A program made the position numbers and the translations under genes. This document shows, piece after piece, positions 45,256 through 57,092 of a stretch of 64,000 nucleotides of DNA. This stretch comes from Eledone cirrhosa (Eukaryota). The stretch covers positions 434,001-498,000 of the forward strand of contig CAXHJY010000264.1 of the NCBI GenBank assembly GCA_964016885.1, in the 5' to 3' direction. The notes below the pieces were generated by a model. It searched no databases. It was not told where the DNA came from and worked only from the letters and a program-made list of their open reading frames with translations. The first letter of the stretch is position 1; each line of letters begins with the position of its first letter.

Positions 45256-45552
45256 CAATTGACGCAGGCAGTTTGTTCCATGCTTCAGCAACTCTGAGCG
45301 TGAAAAAATGTCTGCGAAAGTCATGGGAGCTGTGCTGTTTTCTTATCTTGTAGGCATGTCCACGTGTGTTAGACACATGGAGATCAAAGAGGCGCTCAGG
45401 GCTGCAGTTGGCGAGATGGTTAAAAACTTTGTGGGTATTCACCAAGTCCATTGCCAGACGTCGAAGCTTCAATGAATCCATGCCCAGGGAAGCAAGGCGT
45501 TCAGAGTATGGTAGGTGACTGATGGAGAGTATGCGCTTGGTTGCACGTCTCT
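45256..45552 (-). mobile_element. CR1-clade LINE fragment, copy 8, secondarily deleted (3' UTR and tail lost)
   Basis: Same right junction as the other copies. The left side joins satellite ATACCAGCA to LINE CAATTGACG via a 2-bp CA microhomology. Confidence 0.93.
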
Positions 45553-48500
45553 ATACCTAGTTTCTCTCTCAGTCCATCCATACACATCACATGTCTATAC
45601 CAACAGTCTCCTCTCCTACACACTACATCTGATTTCTCTTATACTTAGTTTCTTTCCCAGTTCATCCATACACATCACATGTCTATACCAACAGTCTCCT
45701 CTCCTACACACTACATCTGATACCTCTTATACCTAGTTTCTCTCTCCATCCATACACATCACATGTCTATACCAACGCATTCTCCTCTCCTACACACTAC
45801 ATCTGATTCCTCTTATACCTAGTCTCTCTCTCAGTTCATCCATACACATCACATGTCTATACCAACACAGTCTCCTCTCCTACATCTCATTCCTCTTATA
45901 CCTAGTTTCTCTCTCAGTCCATCCATACACATCACATGTCTATACCAGCAGTCTCCTCTCCTACACACTACATATGATTCCTCTTATACCTAGTTTCTCT
46001 CTCCATCCATACACATCACATGTCTATACCAACACAGTCTCCTCTCCTACACACTACATCTGATTCCTCTTATACCTAGTTTCTCTCTCAGTTCATCCAT
46101 AAACATCACATGTCTATACCAACATAGTCTCCTCTCCTACACTCTACATCTGATTCCTCTTATACATAGTTTCACTCTCAGTCCATGCATACACATCACA
46201 TGTCTGTACCAACAAAGTCTCCTCTCCTACACACTACATCTTAGTCCTCTTATACCTATTTTCTCTCTCAGTCCATCCATACACATCACATGTCTATACC
46301 AACACAGTCTCCTCTCCTACACACTACATCTGATTCCTCTTATACCTAGTTTCTCTCTCAGTCCATCCATACACATCACATGTCTATACCAACACAGTCT
46401 CCTCTATCTGATTCCTCTTATACCTAGTTTCTCTCTCAGTTAATTCATACACATCACATGTCTATACCAACACAGTTTCCTCTCCTACACACTACATCTG
46501 ATTTCTCTTATACTTAGTTTCTTTCCCAGTTCATCCATACACATCACATGTCTATACAAACACAGTCTCCTCTCCTACACACTACATCTGATTCCTCTTA
46601 TACGTAGTTTCTCTCTCCATCCATACACATCACATGTCTATACCAATACAGTCTCCTCTCCTACACACTACATCTGATTCCTCTTATACCTAGTTTCTCT
46701 CCCAGTTCATCCATACACATCATATGTCTATACCAACGCAGTCTCCTCTCCTACACACTACATCTGATTCCTCTCATACCTAGTTTCTGTTTCCATCCAT
46801 ACACATCACATGTCTATACCAACAGTCTCCTCTCCTACACACTACATCTGATTTCTCTTATACTTAGTTTCTTTCCCAGTTCATCCATACACATCACATG
46901 TCTATACCAACACAGTCTCCTCTCCTACACACTACATCTGATTCCTCTTATACCTATTTTCTCTCTCAGTCCATCCATACACATCACATGTCTATACCAA
47001 CACAGTCTCCTCTCCTACATCTGATTCCTCTTATACCTAGTTTCTCTCTCAGTTCATTCATACACATCACATGTCTATACCAACACAGTTTCCTCTCCTA
47101 CACACTACATCTGATTTCTCTTATACTTAGTTTCTTTCCCAGTTCATCCATACACATCACATGTCTATACAAACACAGTCTCCTCTCCTACACACTACAT
47201 CTGATTCCTCTTATACATAGTTTCTCTCTCCATCCATACACATCACATGTCTATACCAATACAGTCTCCTGTCCTACACACTACATCTGATTCCTCTTAT
47301 ACCTAGTTTCTCTCCCAGTTCATCCATACACATCATATGTCTATACCAACGCAGTCTCCTCTCCTACACACTACATCTGATTCCTCTCATACCTAGTTTC
47401 TGTCTCCATCCATACACATCACATGTCTATACCAACACAGACTCCTCTCCTACACACTACATCTGATTCGCCTTATACCTAGTTTCTCTCTTAGTTCAAC
47501 CATACACATCACATGTCTATACCAACAGTCTCCTCTCCTACACACTACATCTGATTTCTCTTATACTTAGTTTCTTTCCCAGTTCATCCATACACATCAC
47601 ATGTCTATACCAACACAGTCTCCTCTCCTACACACTACATCTGATTCCTTTTATACTTAGTTTCTTTCCCAGTTCATCCATACACATCAGATGTCTATAC
47701 CAACACAGTCTCCTCTCCTACACACTACATCTGATTCCTTTTATACCTAGTTTCTCTCAGTTCATCCATACACATCACATGACTATACCAACAGAGTCTC
47801 CTCTCCTACACACTACATCTGATTCCTCTTATACCTAGTTTCTCTCTCAGTTCATCCATACACATCACATGTCTATACCAACACAGTCTCCTCTCCTACA
47901 TCTGATTCCTCTTATACCTAGTTTCTCTCTCAGTCCATCCATACACATCACATGTCTATACGAGCAGTCTCCTCTCCTACACACTACATATGATTCCTCT
48001 TATACCTAGTTTCTCTCTCCATCCATACACATCACAAGTCTATACCAACACAGTCTTCTCTCCTACACACTACAGATGATTCCTCTCATACCTAGTTTCT
48101 CTCTCCATCGATACACATCACGTGTCTATACCAATACAGTCTCCTCTCCTACACAATACATCTGATTCCTCTTATACCTAGTTTCTCTCTCCATCCATAC
48201 ACATCACATGTCTATACCAACACAGTCTCCTCTCCTACACACTACATCTGATTCCTCTTATACCTAGTTTCCATCTCCATCCATACACATCACATGTTAT
48301 ATACCAACACAGTCTCCTCTCCTACACTCTACATCTGATTCCTCTTATACCTAGTTTCTCTCCCAGTTCATCCATACACATCACATGACTATACCAACAC
48401 AGTCTCCTCTCCTACACACTACATCTGATTCCTCTTATACCTAGTTTCTCTCTCCATCCATACACATCACATGTCTATACCAACACACTCTCCTCTCCTA

Positions 48501-50277
48501 CACTCTACATCTGATTCCTCTTATACCTAGTTTCTCTCTCCATCCATACACATCACATGTCTATACCAACAGTCTCCTCTCCTACACACTACATCTGATT
48601 CCTCTTATACTTAGTTTTTCTCCCAGTTCATCCATACACATCACATGTCTATACCAACACAGTCTCCTCTCCTACACACTACATCTGATACCTCTTATAC
48701 CTAGTTTCTCTCTCCATCCATACACATCACATGTCTATACCAACGCAGTCTCCTCTCATACACACTACATCTGATTCCTCTTATACCTAGTGTCTCTCTC
48801 CATCCATACACGTTACATGTCTATACCAACAGTCTCCTCTCCTACACACTACATCTGATTCCTCTTATACCTAGTTTCTCTCTCAGTTCATCCATACACA
48901 TCACATGTCTATACCAACACAGTCTCCTCTCCTACATCTGATTCCTCTTATACCTAGTTTCTCTCTCAGTCCATCCATACACATCACATGTCTATACCAA
49001 CACAGTCTCCTCTCCTACACACTACATCTGATTCCTCTTATACCTAGTTTCTCTCTCAGTCCATCCATACACATCACATGTCTATACCAACACGGTCTCC
49101 TCTCCTACACATTACATCTGATTCCTCTTATACAGTTTCTCTCTTACTTCATTCATACACATCACATGTCTATACCAACACAGTCTCCTCTCCTACATCT
49201 GATTCCTCTTATACCTAGTTTCTCTCTCAGTCCATCCATACACATCACATGTCTATACCAACACAGTCTCCTCTCCTACACATTACATCTGATTCCTCTT
49301 ATACATAGTTTCTCTCTTAGTTCATTCATACACATCACATGTCTATACCAACACAGTCTCCTCTCCTACACACTACATCTGATTCCTCTTATATCTAGTT
49401 TCTCTCTCAGTCCATCCATACACATCACATGTCTATACCAACAGTCTCCTCTCTTACACACTACATCTGATTCCTCTTATACCTAGTTTCTCTCTCACTT
49501 CATCCATACACATCAGATGTCTATACCAACACAGTCTCCTCTCCTACACACTATATCTGATTCCTCTCTTACCTAGTTTCTCTCTCCATCCATACACATC
49601 ACATGTCTATACCAACACAGTCTCCTCTCCTACACACTACATCTGATTCCTCTTATACCTAGTTTCTCTCTACATCCATACACATCACATGTCTATACCA
49701 ACACACTCTCCTCTCCTACACTCTACATCTGATTCCTCTTATACCTAGTTTCTCTCTCCATCCATACACATCACATGTCTATACCAACAGTCTCCTCTCC
49801 TACACACTACATCTGATTCCTCTTATACTTAGTTTTTCTCCCAGTTCATCCATACACATCACATGTCTATACCAACACAGTCTCCTCTCCTACACACTAC
49901 ATCTGATTCCTCTTATACCTAGTTTCTCTCTCAGTCCATCCATACACATCACATGTCTATACCAACACAGTCTCCTCTCCTACACACTACATCTGATACC
50001 TCTTATACCTAGTTTCTCTCTCCATCCATACACATCACATGTCTATACCAACGCAGTCTCCTCTCATACACACTACATCTGATTCCTCTGATACCTAGTT
50101 TCTCTCTCCATCCATACACATCACATGTCTATACCAACACAGTCTCCTCTCCTACACACTACATCTGATTCCTCTCATACCTAGTTTCTCTCTCAGTCCA
50201 TCCATACACATCACATGTCTATACCAACACAGACTCCTCTCCTACACACTACATCTGATTCCTCGTATACCTAGTTT

Positions 50278-52497
50278 AAATAATAATAATTAAATTATTG
50301 TGTAAAGTGCTCAGGTGCACTACAACTCATCAAAGGTGCATGTATAGTACATAGAATAATGTACAAATGTCAGGAAAATAAACAGTGTATGAGTCATGAT
50401 ATAATAACAATAACAATAATGAAATATTGTGTACAGTGCCCAGGTGCACCACAACTCATCAAAAAAGTACATGTACAGTACATAGGGCAATGCACAAACA
50501 TCAGTAAAATGAACAGTGCACGAGTCATGATACACACATGTGTGCATGTGTATGGAAGGGGTACATCAGGTGCAGTTTTGGCGTATTTCGGGAAGCATGA
50601 GTGTCTTAAAGGATGCAGTGTCTCGGCAGCTAACAATTGACGCAGGCAGTTTGTTCCATGCTTCAGCAACTCTGAGCGTGAAAAAATGTCTGCGAAAGTC
50701 ATGGGAGCTGTGCTGTTTTCTTATCTTGTAGGCATGTCCACGTGTGTTAGACACATGGAGATCAAAGAGGCGCTCAGGGTTGCAGTTGGCGAGATGGTTA
50801 AAAACTTTGTGGCTATTCACCAAGTCCATTGCCAGACGTCGGAGCTTCAATGAATCCATGCCCAGGGAAGCAAGGCGTTCAGAGTATGGTAGGTGTCTGA
50901 TGGAGGGTATGCGCTTGGTTGCACGTCTCTGAACAGTTTCCAGGAGGTCAATGTTCCGAGCAAGATAGGGGTTCCAGACTGATGATGCGAATTCCAAGTG
51001 TGGTCGCACCATATCTGTATACAGTTTTAAATAGATGGCTGGAGAGCGGCTAACAAAGGTCTTGCTGAGTGATGCCAAGACACCCTCGGCCTTCTTGACA
51101 ATCTTAGAGACATGCTTTGTCCAACGCAAATCGTTGCTGACAGTAATGCCCAGGTCACGTTCACAAGAGGACTTTTTGATGTCAGTGTTGTGGAGGGAGT
51201 ATGTGGACGCTGGATTTTTCCTTCCAAAATGCATGGTGGTACACTTGTCCACAGCCAGCTTCAGTTGCCAGTCTGTGATCCATTGCTGCATTGTGTCCAG
51301 GTCTGATTGTAGGAAAGAGTTGTAAATTTCAAGATCAGTCCTTTTGATTTCAAGGTACAGCTTGATGTCATCTGCATATTTTAGTACCGTGGCATTCTGT
51401 AAGTTGGCATCTATGTCATTAATATATGCCACAAACAAAAGAGGACCAAGAACAGATCCCTGTGGTACACCAGATGACATCTCATATGGTGAAGAATGCT
51501 GTCCTAGAACCGTGACTACTTCCTTTCGGCTGAGAATGAAGGATTTCAGCCAGTCGAAAAGATCATCCCTCACACCCATTGCAGAGAGTTTTGCCATAAG
51601 TCTTTTGTGTGGCACAGAATTAAAAGCCTTAGCAAAGTCAAGGTAAACAACATCCACCCATGAGCCGCTGTCAGTGATCCGGGTGATATCCTCAAGGAAC
51701 TCGATAAGCTGATCACAGCAGCTGGAGTTAGGGATAAATCCAAACTGTGAGGGCCGGATGAGGCTGTGAGAGCTCCAGAAGTTCCAAAGTGTTTCTCTGA
51801 CACAGGATTCCATCAGTTTGGCCATACAGCTAGTAAGACTGACTGGACGATAGTTGACAGGTGACATGCGGTTGCCCTTTTTGAACAGGGGAATGACACT
51901 GGCAGTTTTCCACTGCTCCGGAGTAGCACCATTGCTGAGACAGTATTGAAAGAAAAAAGAAAGCTGGCGCAAAAGGAAATCCCCGCCACGTTTGAGAAGC
52001 AGGTATGTCACACCATCAAGACCAGGGGAGGCATAGTTGCGCTTATTCTTAAGGTGACGTCGCAACATTGCAGGTGTAAATTCCATAGTTGTTATGGAAT
52101 TTGATGTTAGAGATGGTGGAGATGGTACATTCTGGTTTTCAACAGTAAAAATACTTGCATAGCACTCAGCAATGAGTTCTGCGCATTCCTTGGGATCGTC
52201 AGTGATCTGGCTTGTGTGGGGATTGCGAAGAGGACCAACTGGAGAGTGAGGTCTCTGCTTTGAATGAACATATTTCCAGAACACCTTACTGTCAGGATTG
52301 GTTGCGATGCACTGTTCAAATTCAAGCACTGCCTTCTTTGTCACTTGCTTGAAATGGTTAGAAGATTTATTCCGCTTTTTTCTGTTGGCATCTGATCTAT
52401 GCAGTTTATATTCCCGTTCAGCGTTCCGACGTTCTTTCCTGGCAAGTCGGACCGCTGAAGTTTCCCAGATTGCACTTTTGGGGTGGTTATTTTTCCG
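50278..52497 (-). mobile_element. 5'-truncated CR1-clade non-LTR retrotransposon (2.2 kb), independent insertion
   Basis: Satellite is interrupted at CCTAGTTT|AAATAATAATAAT and resumes at CTCTCAGTCCATCC (52498). Contains the RT ORF, dimeric 3' UTR and a short tandem-repeat tail. No LTRs and no clear target-site duplication. Confidence 0.96.
50566..52497 (-). CDS. LINE ORF2 reverse transcriptase, N-terminally truncated (no APE endonuclease domain). The track start at 52344 is an internal GTG; the frame stays open to the 5' junction at 52497 (~643 aa).
   Basis: Non-LTR RT motifs SPGLDG, WKTASVIPLFKKG, NYRPVSLTS, QFGF, YLDFAKAF, GVPQGSVLGPLLF, YADD, KC..MHFG, ERDLG. CR1-type C-terminus RPHLEFASSVWNP, LETVQRRATK, LPYSERL, TRGH. 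I translated 52345-52497 and found no stop (RKNNHPKSAIWETSAVRLARKERRNAERE...). Confidence 0.92.
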   Translation of the reverse strand, partial: RKNNHPKSAIWETSAVRLARKERRNAEREYKLHRSDANRKKRNKSSNHFKQVTKKAVLEFEQCIATNPDSKVFWKYVHSKQRPHSPVGPLRNPHTSQITDDPKECAELIAECYASIFTVENQNVPSPPSLTSNSITTMEFTPAMLRRHLKNKRNYASPGLDGVTYLLLKRGGDFLLRQLSFFFQYCLSNGATPEQWKTASVIPLFKKGNRMSPVNYRPVSLTSCMAKLMESCVRETLWNFWSSHSLIRPSQFGFIPNSSCCDQLIEFLEDITRITDSGSWVDVVYLDFAKAFNSVPHKRLMAKLSAMGVRDDLFDWLKSFILSRKEVVTVLGQHSSPYEMSSGVPQGSVLGPLLFVAYINDIDANLQNATVLKYADDIKLYLEIKRTDLEIYNSFLQSDLDTMQQWITDWQLKLAVDKCTTMHFGRKNPASTYSLHNTDIKKSSCERDLGITVSNDLRWTKHVSKIVKKAEGVLASLSKTFVSRSPAIYLKLYTDMVRPHLEFASSVWNPYLARNIDLLETVQRRATKRIPSIRHLPYSERLASLGMDSLKLRRLAMDLVNSHKVFNHLANCNPERLFDLHVSNTRGHAYKIRKQHSSHDFRRHFFTLRVAEAWNKLPASIVSCRDTASFKTLMLPEIRQNCT

Positions 52498-53971
52498 CTC
52501 TCAGTCCATCCATACACATCACATGTCTATACCAACACAGTCTACTCTCCTACACATTACATCTGATTCCTCTTATACCTAGTTTCTATCTTAGTTCAAC
52601 CATTCACATCACATGTCTATACCAACAGTCTCCTCTCCTACACACTACATCTGATTCCTTTTATACCTAGTTTCTCTCAGTTCATCCATACACATCACAT
52701 GTCTATACCAACAGTCTCCTCCCCCACACACTACATCTGATTCCTCTTATACCTCGTTTCTCTCTCCAACCATACACATCACATGTCTATACCAACACAG
52801 TCTCCTCTCCTACATCTATTTCCTCTCATACCTAGTTTCTCTCTCAGTTCATCCATACACATCACATGTCTATACCAACACAGTCTCCTCTCCTACAAGC
52901 TACATCTGATTCCTCTTATACCTAGTTTCTCTCTCAGTTCATCCATACACATCACATGTCTATACCATCAGTCTCCTCTCCTACACACTACATCTGATTC
53001 CTCTTATACCTAGTTTCTCTCTCAGTTCATCCATACACAGCACATGTCTATACCAACAGTCTCCTCTCCTACACGCTACATCTGATTCCTCTTATACCTA
53101 GTTTCTCTCCCAGTTCATCCATACACATCACATGTCTATACCATCAGTCTCCTCTCCTACACACTACATCTGATTCCTCTTATACCTAGTTTCTCTCTCC
53201 ATCCATACACATCACATGTCTATACAAACACAGTCTCCTCTCCTACACACTACATCTGATTCCTTTTATACCTAGTTTCTCCCAGTTCATCCATACACAT
53301 CACATGTCTATACCAACAGTCTCCTCTCCTACACACTACATCTGATACCTCTTATACCTAGTTTCTCTCTCAGTTCATCCATACACATCACATGTCTATA
53401 CCAACACAGTCTCCTCTCCTACACACTACATCTGATTCCTTTTATACCTAGTTTCTCTCAGTTCATCCATACACATCATATGACTATACCAACAGTCTCC
53501 TCTCATACACACTACATCTGATTCCTCTTATACCTAGTCTCTCTCTCAGTTCATCCATACACATCACATGTCTATAGCAACACAGTCTTCTCTCCTACTA
53601 ACTACATCTGATTCCTCTTATACCTAGTTTCTCTCTCAGTTCATCCATACACATCATATGTCTATACCAACACAGTCTCCTCTCCTACACACTGCATCTG
53701 ATTCCTCTTATACCTAGTTTCTCTCTCCATCCATACACATCACATGTCTATACCAACACAGTCTTCTCTGCTACACACTACATCTGATTCCTCTTATACC
53801 TAGTCTCTCTCTCAGTCCATCCATACACATCACATGTCTATATCAACGCAGTCTCCTCTCCTACACATTACATCTGATTCCTCTTATACCTAGTTTCTCT
53901 CTTAGTTCATTCATACACATCACATGTCTATACCAACACAGTCTCCTCTCCTACATCTGATTCCTCTTATA

Positions 53972-54617
53972 ATAATAATAATAATGAAATTATTGTGTAC
54001 AGTGCTCAGGTGCACTACAACTCATCAAAGGTGCATGTATAGTACATAGAATAATGTACAAATGTCAGGAAAATAAACAGTGTATGAGTCATGATATATT
54101 AACAATAACGAAATATTGTGCACAGTGCCCAGGTGCACCACAACTCATCAAAAAAGTGCATGTACAGTACATAGGGCAATGCACAAACATCAGTAAAATG
54201 AACAGTGCACGAGTCATGATACACACGTGTGCATGTGTATGGAAGGGGTACATCAGGTGTAGTTTTGGCGTATTTTGGGAAGCATGAGTGTCTTAAAGGA
54301 TGCAGTGTCTCGGCAGCTAACAATTGACGCAGGCAGTTTGTTCCATGCTTCAGCAACTCTGAGCGTGAAAAAATGTCTGCGAAAGTCATGGGAGCTGTGC
54401 TGTTTTCTTATCTTGTAGGCATGTCCACGTGTGTTAGACACATGGAGATCAAAGAGGCGCTCAGGGTTGCAGTTGGCGAGATGGTTAAAAACTTTGTGGG
54501 TATTCACCAAGTCCATTGCCAGACGTCGGAGCTTCAATGAATCCATGCCCAGGGAAGCAAGGCGTTCAGAGTATGGTAGGTGACTGATGGAGAGTATGCG
54601 CTTGGTTGCACATCTCT
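53972..54617 (-). mobile_element. CR1-clade LINE 3' fragment, copy 9
   Basis: Same junctions. Carries the GGGTTGC and GTCGGAG alleles shared with the long element. Confidence 0.95.
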
Positions 54618-55758
54618 ATACCTAGTTTCTCTCTCAGTCCATCCATACACATCACAAGTCTATACCAACACAGTCTCCTCTCCTACACACTACATCTGAT
54701 TTCTCTTATACTTAGTTTCTTTCCCAGTTCATCCATACACATCACATGTCTATACCAACAGTCTCCTCTCCTACACACTACATCTGATACCTCTTATACC
54801 TAGTTTCTCTCTCCATCCATACACATCACATGTCTATACCAACGCATTCTCCTCTCCTACACACTACATCTGATTCCTCTTATACCTAGTCTCTCTCTCA
54901 GTTCAGCCATACACATCACATGTCTATACCAACACAGTCTCCTCTCCTACATCTCATTCCTCTTATACCTAGTTTCTCTCTCAGTCCATCCATACACATC
55001 ACATGTCTATACAAACACAGTCTCCTCTCCTACACACTACATCTGATTCCTTTTATACCTAGTTTCTCCCAGTTCATCCATACACATCACATGTCTATAC
55101 CAACAGTCTCCTCTCCTACACACTACATCTGATACCTCTTATACCTAGTTTCTCTCTCAGTTCATCCATACACATCACATGTCTATACCAACGCAGTCTC
55201 CTCTCCTACACACTACATCTGATTCCTCTTATACCTAGTTTCTCTCTCAGTTCATCCATACACATCACATGTCTATACCAACACAGTCTCCTCTCCTACA
55301 CACTACATCTGATTCCTTTTATACCTAGTTTCTCTCAGTTCATCCATACACATCACATGACTATACCAACAGTCTCCTCTCATACACACTACATCTGATT
55401 CCTCTTATACCTAGTCTCTCTCTCAGTTCATCCATACACATCATATGTCTATACCAACACAGTCTCCTCTCCTACACACTACATCTGATTCCTCTTATAC
55501 ATAGTTTCTCTCTCCATCCATACACATCACATGTCTATACCAACACAGTCTTCTCTCCTACACACTACATCTGATTCCTCTTATACCTAGTCTCTCTCTC
55601 AGTCCATCCATACACATCACATGTCTATATCAACGCAGTCTCCTCTCCTACACATTACATCTGATTCCTCTTATACCTAGTTTCTCTCTTAGTTCATTCA
55701 TACACATCACATGTCTATACCAACACAGTCTCCTCTCCTACATCTGATTCCTCTTATA

Positions 55759-56393
55759 ATAATAATAATAATGAAATTATTGTGTACAGTGCTCAGGTGC
55801 ACTACAACTCATCAAAGGTGCATGTATAGTACATAGAATAATGTACAAATGTCAGGAAAATAAACAGTGTATGAGTCATGATATAATAACAATAACGAAA
55901 TATTCTGCACAGTGCCCAGGTGCACCACAACTCATCAAAAAAGTGCATGTACAGTACATAGGGCAATGCACAAACATCAGTAAAATGAACAGTGCACGAG
56001 TCATGATACACACGTGTGCATGTGTATGGAAGGGGTACATCAGGTGTATTTTGGGAAGCATGAGTGTCTTAAAGGATGCAGTGTCTCGGCAGCTAACAAT
56101 TGACGCAGGCAGTTTGTTCCATGCTTCAGCAACTCTGAGCGTGAAAAAATGTCTGCGAAAGTCATGGGAGCTGTGCTGTTTTCTTATCTTGTAGGCATGT
56201 CCACGTGTGTTAGACACATGGAGATCAAAGAGGCGCTCAGGGTTGCAGTTGGCGAGATGGTTAAAAACTTTGTGGGTATTCACCAAGTCCATTGCCAGAC
56301 GTCGGAGCTTCAATGAATCCATGCCCAGGGAAGCAAGGCGTTCAGAGTATGGTAGGTGACTGATGGAGAGTATGCGCTTGGTTGCACGTCTCT
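55759..56393 (-). mobile_element. CR1-clade LINE 3' fragment, copy 10, with an 11-bp internal deletion
   Basis: Same junctions. GGTGTATTTTGGG replaces GGTGTAGTTTTGGCGTATTTTGGG at ~56048. Confidence 0.95.
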
Positions 56394-57092
56394 ATACCTA
56401 GTTTCTCTCTCAGTCCATCCATACACATCACATGTCTATACCAACACAGTCTCCTCTCCTACACACTACATCTGATTTCTCTTATACTTAGTTTCTTTCC
56501 CAGTTCATCCATACACATCACATGTCTATACCAACAGTCTCCTCTCCTACACACTACATCTGATACCTCTTATACCTAGTTTCTCTCTCCATCCATACAC
56601 ATCACATGTCTATACCAACGCATTCTCCTCTCCTACACACTACATCTGATTCCTCTTATACCTAGTCTCTCTCTCAGTTCATCCATACACATCACATGTC
56701 TATACCAACACAGTCTCCTCTTCTACATCTCATTCCTCTTATACCTAGTTTCTCTCTCAGTCCATCCATACACATCACATGTCTATACAAACACAGTCTC
56801 CTCTCCTACACACTACATCTGATTCCTCTTATACCTAGTTTCTCTCTCAGTTCATCCATACACATCACATGTCTATACCAACACAGTCTCCTCTCCTACA
56901 CACTACATCTGATTCCTTTTATACCTAGTTTCTCTCAGTTCATCCATACACATCACATGACTATACCAACAGTCTCCTCTCATACACACTACATCTGATT
57001 CCTCTTATACCTAGTCTCTCTCTCAGTTCATCCATACACATCACATGTCTATAGCAACACAGTCTCCTCTCCTACATCTGATTCCTCTTATA

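Noticed and set aside
50278-50930. Short copies as deletion derivatives or LTRs of the long element
   Set aside because: Different 3' insertion site in the monomer and multiple fixed differences. The RT is non-LTR, and the short copies do not flank the long element as terminal repeats.
50744-52670. Small overlapping ORFs within the long LINE
   Set aside because: Shadow ORFs of the RT frame with no recognisable motifs.
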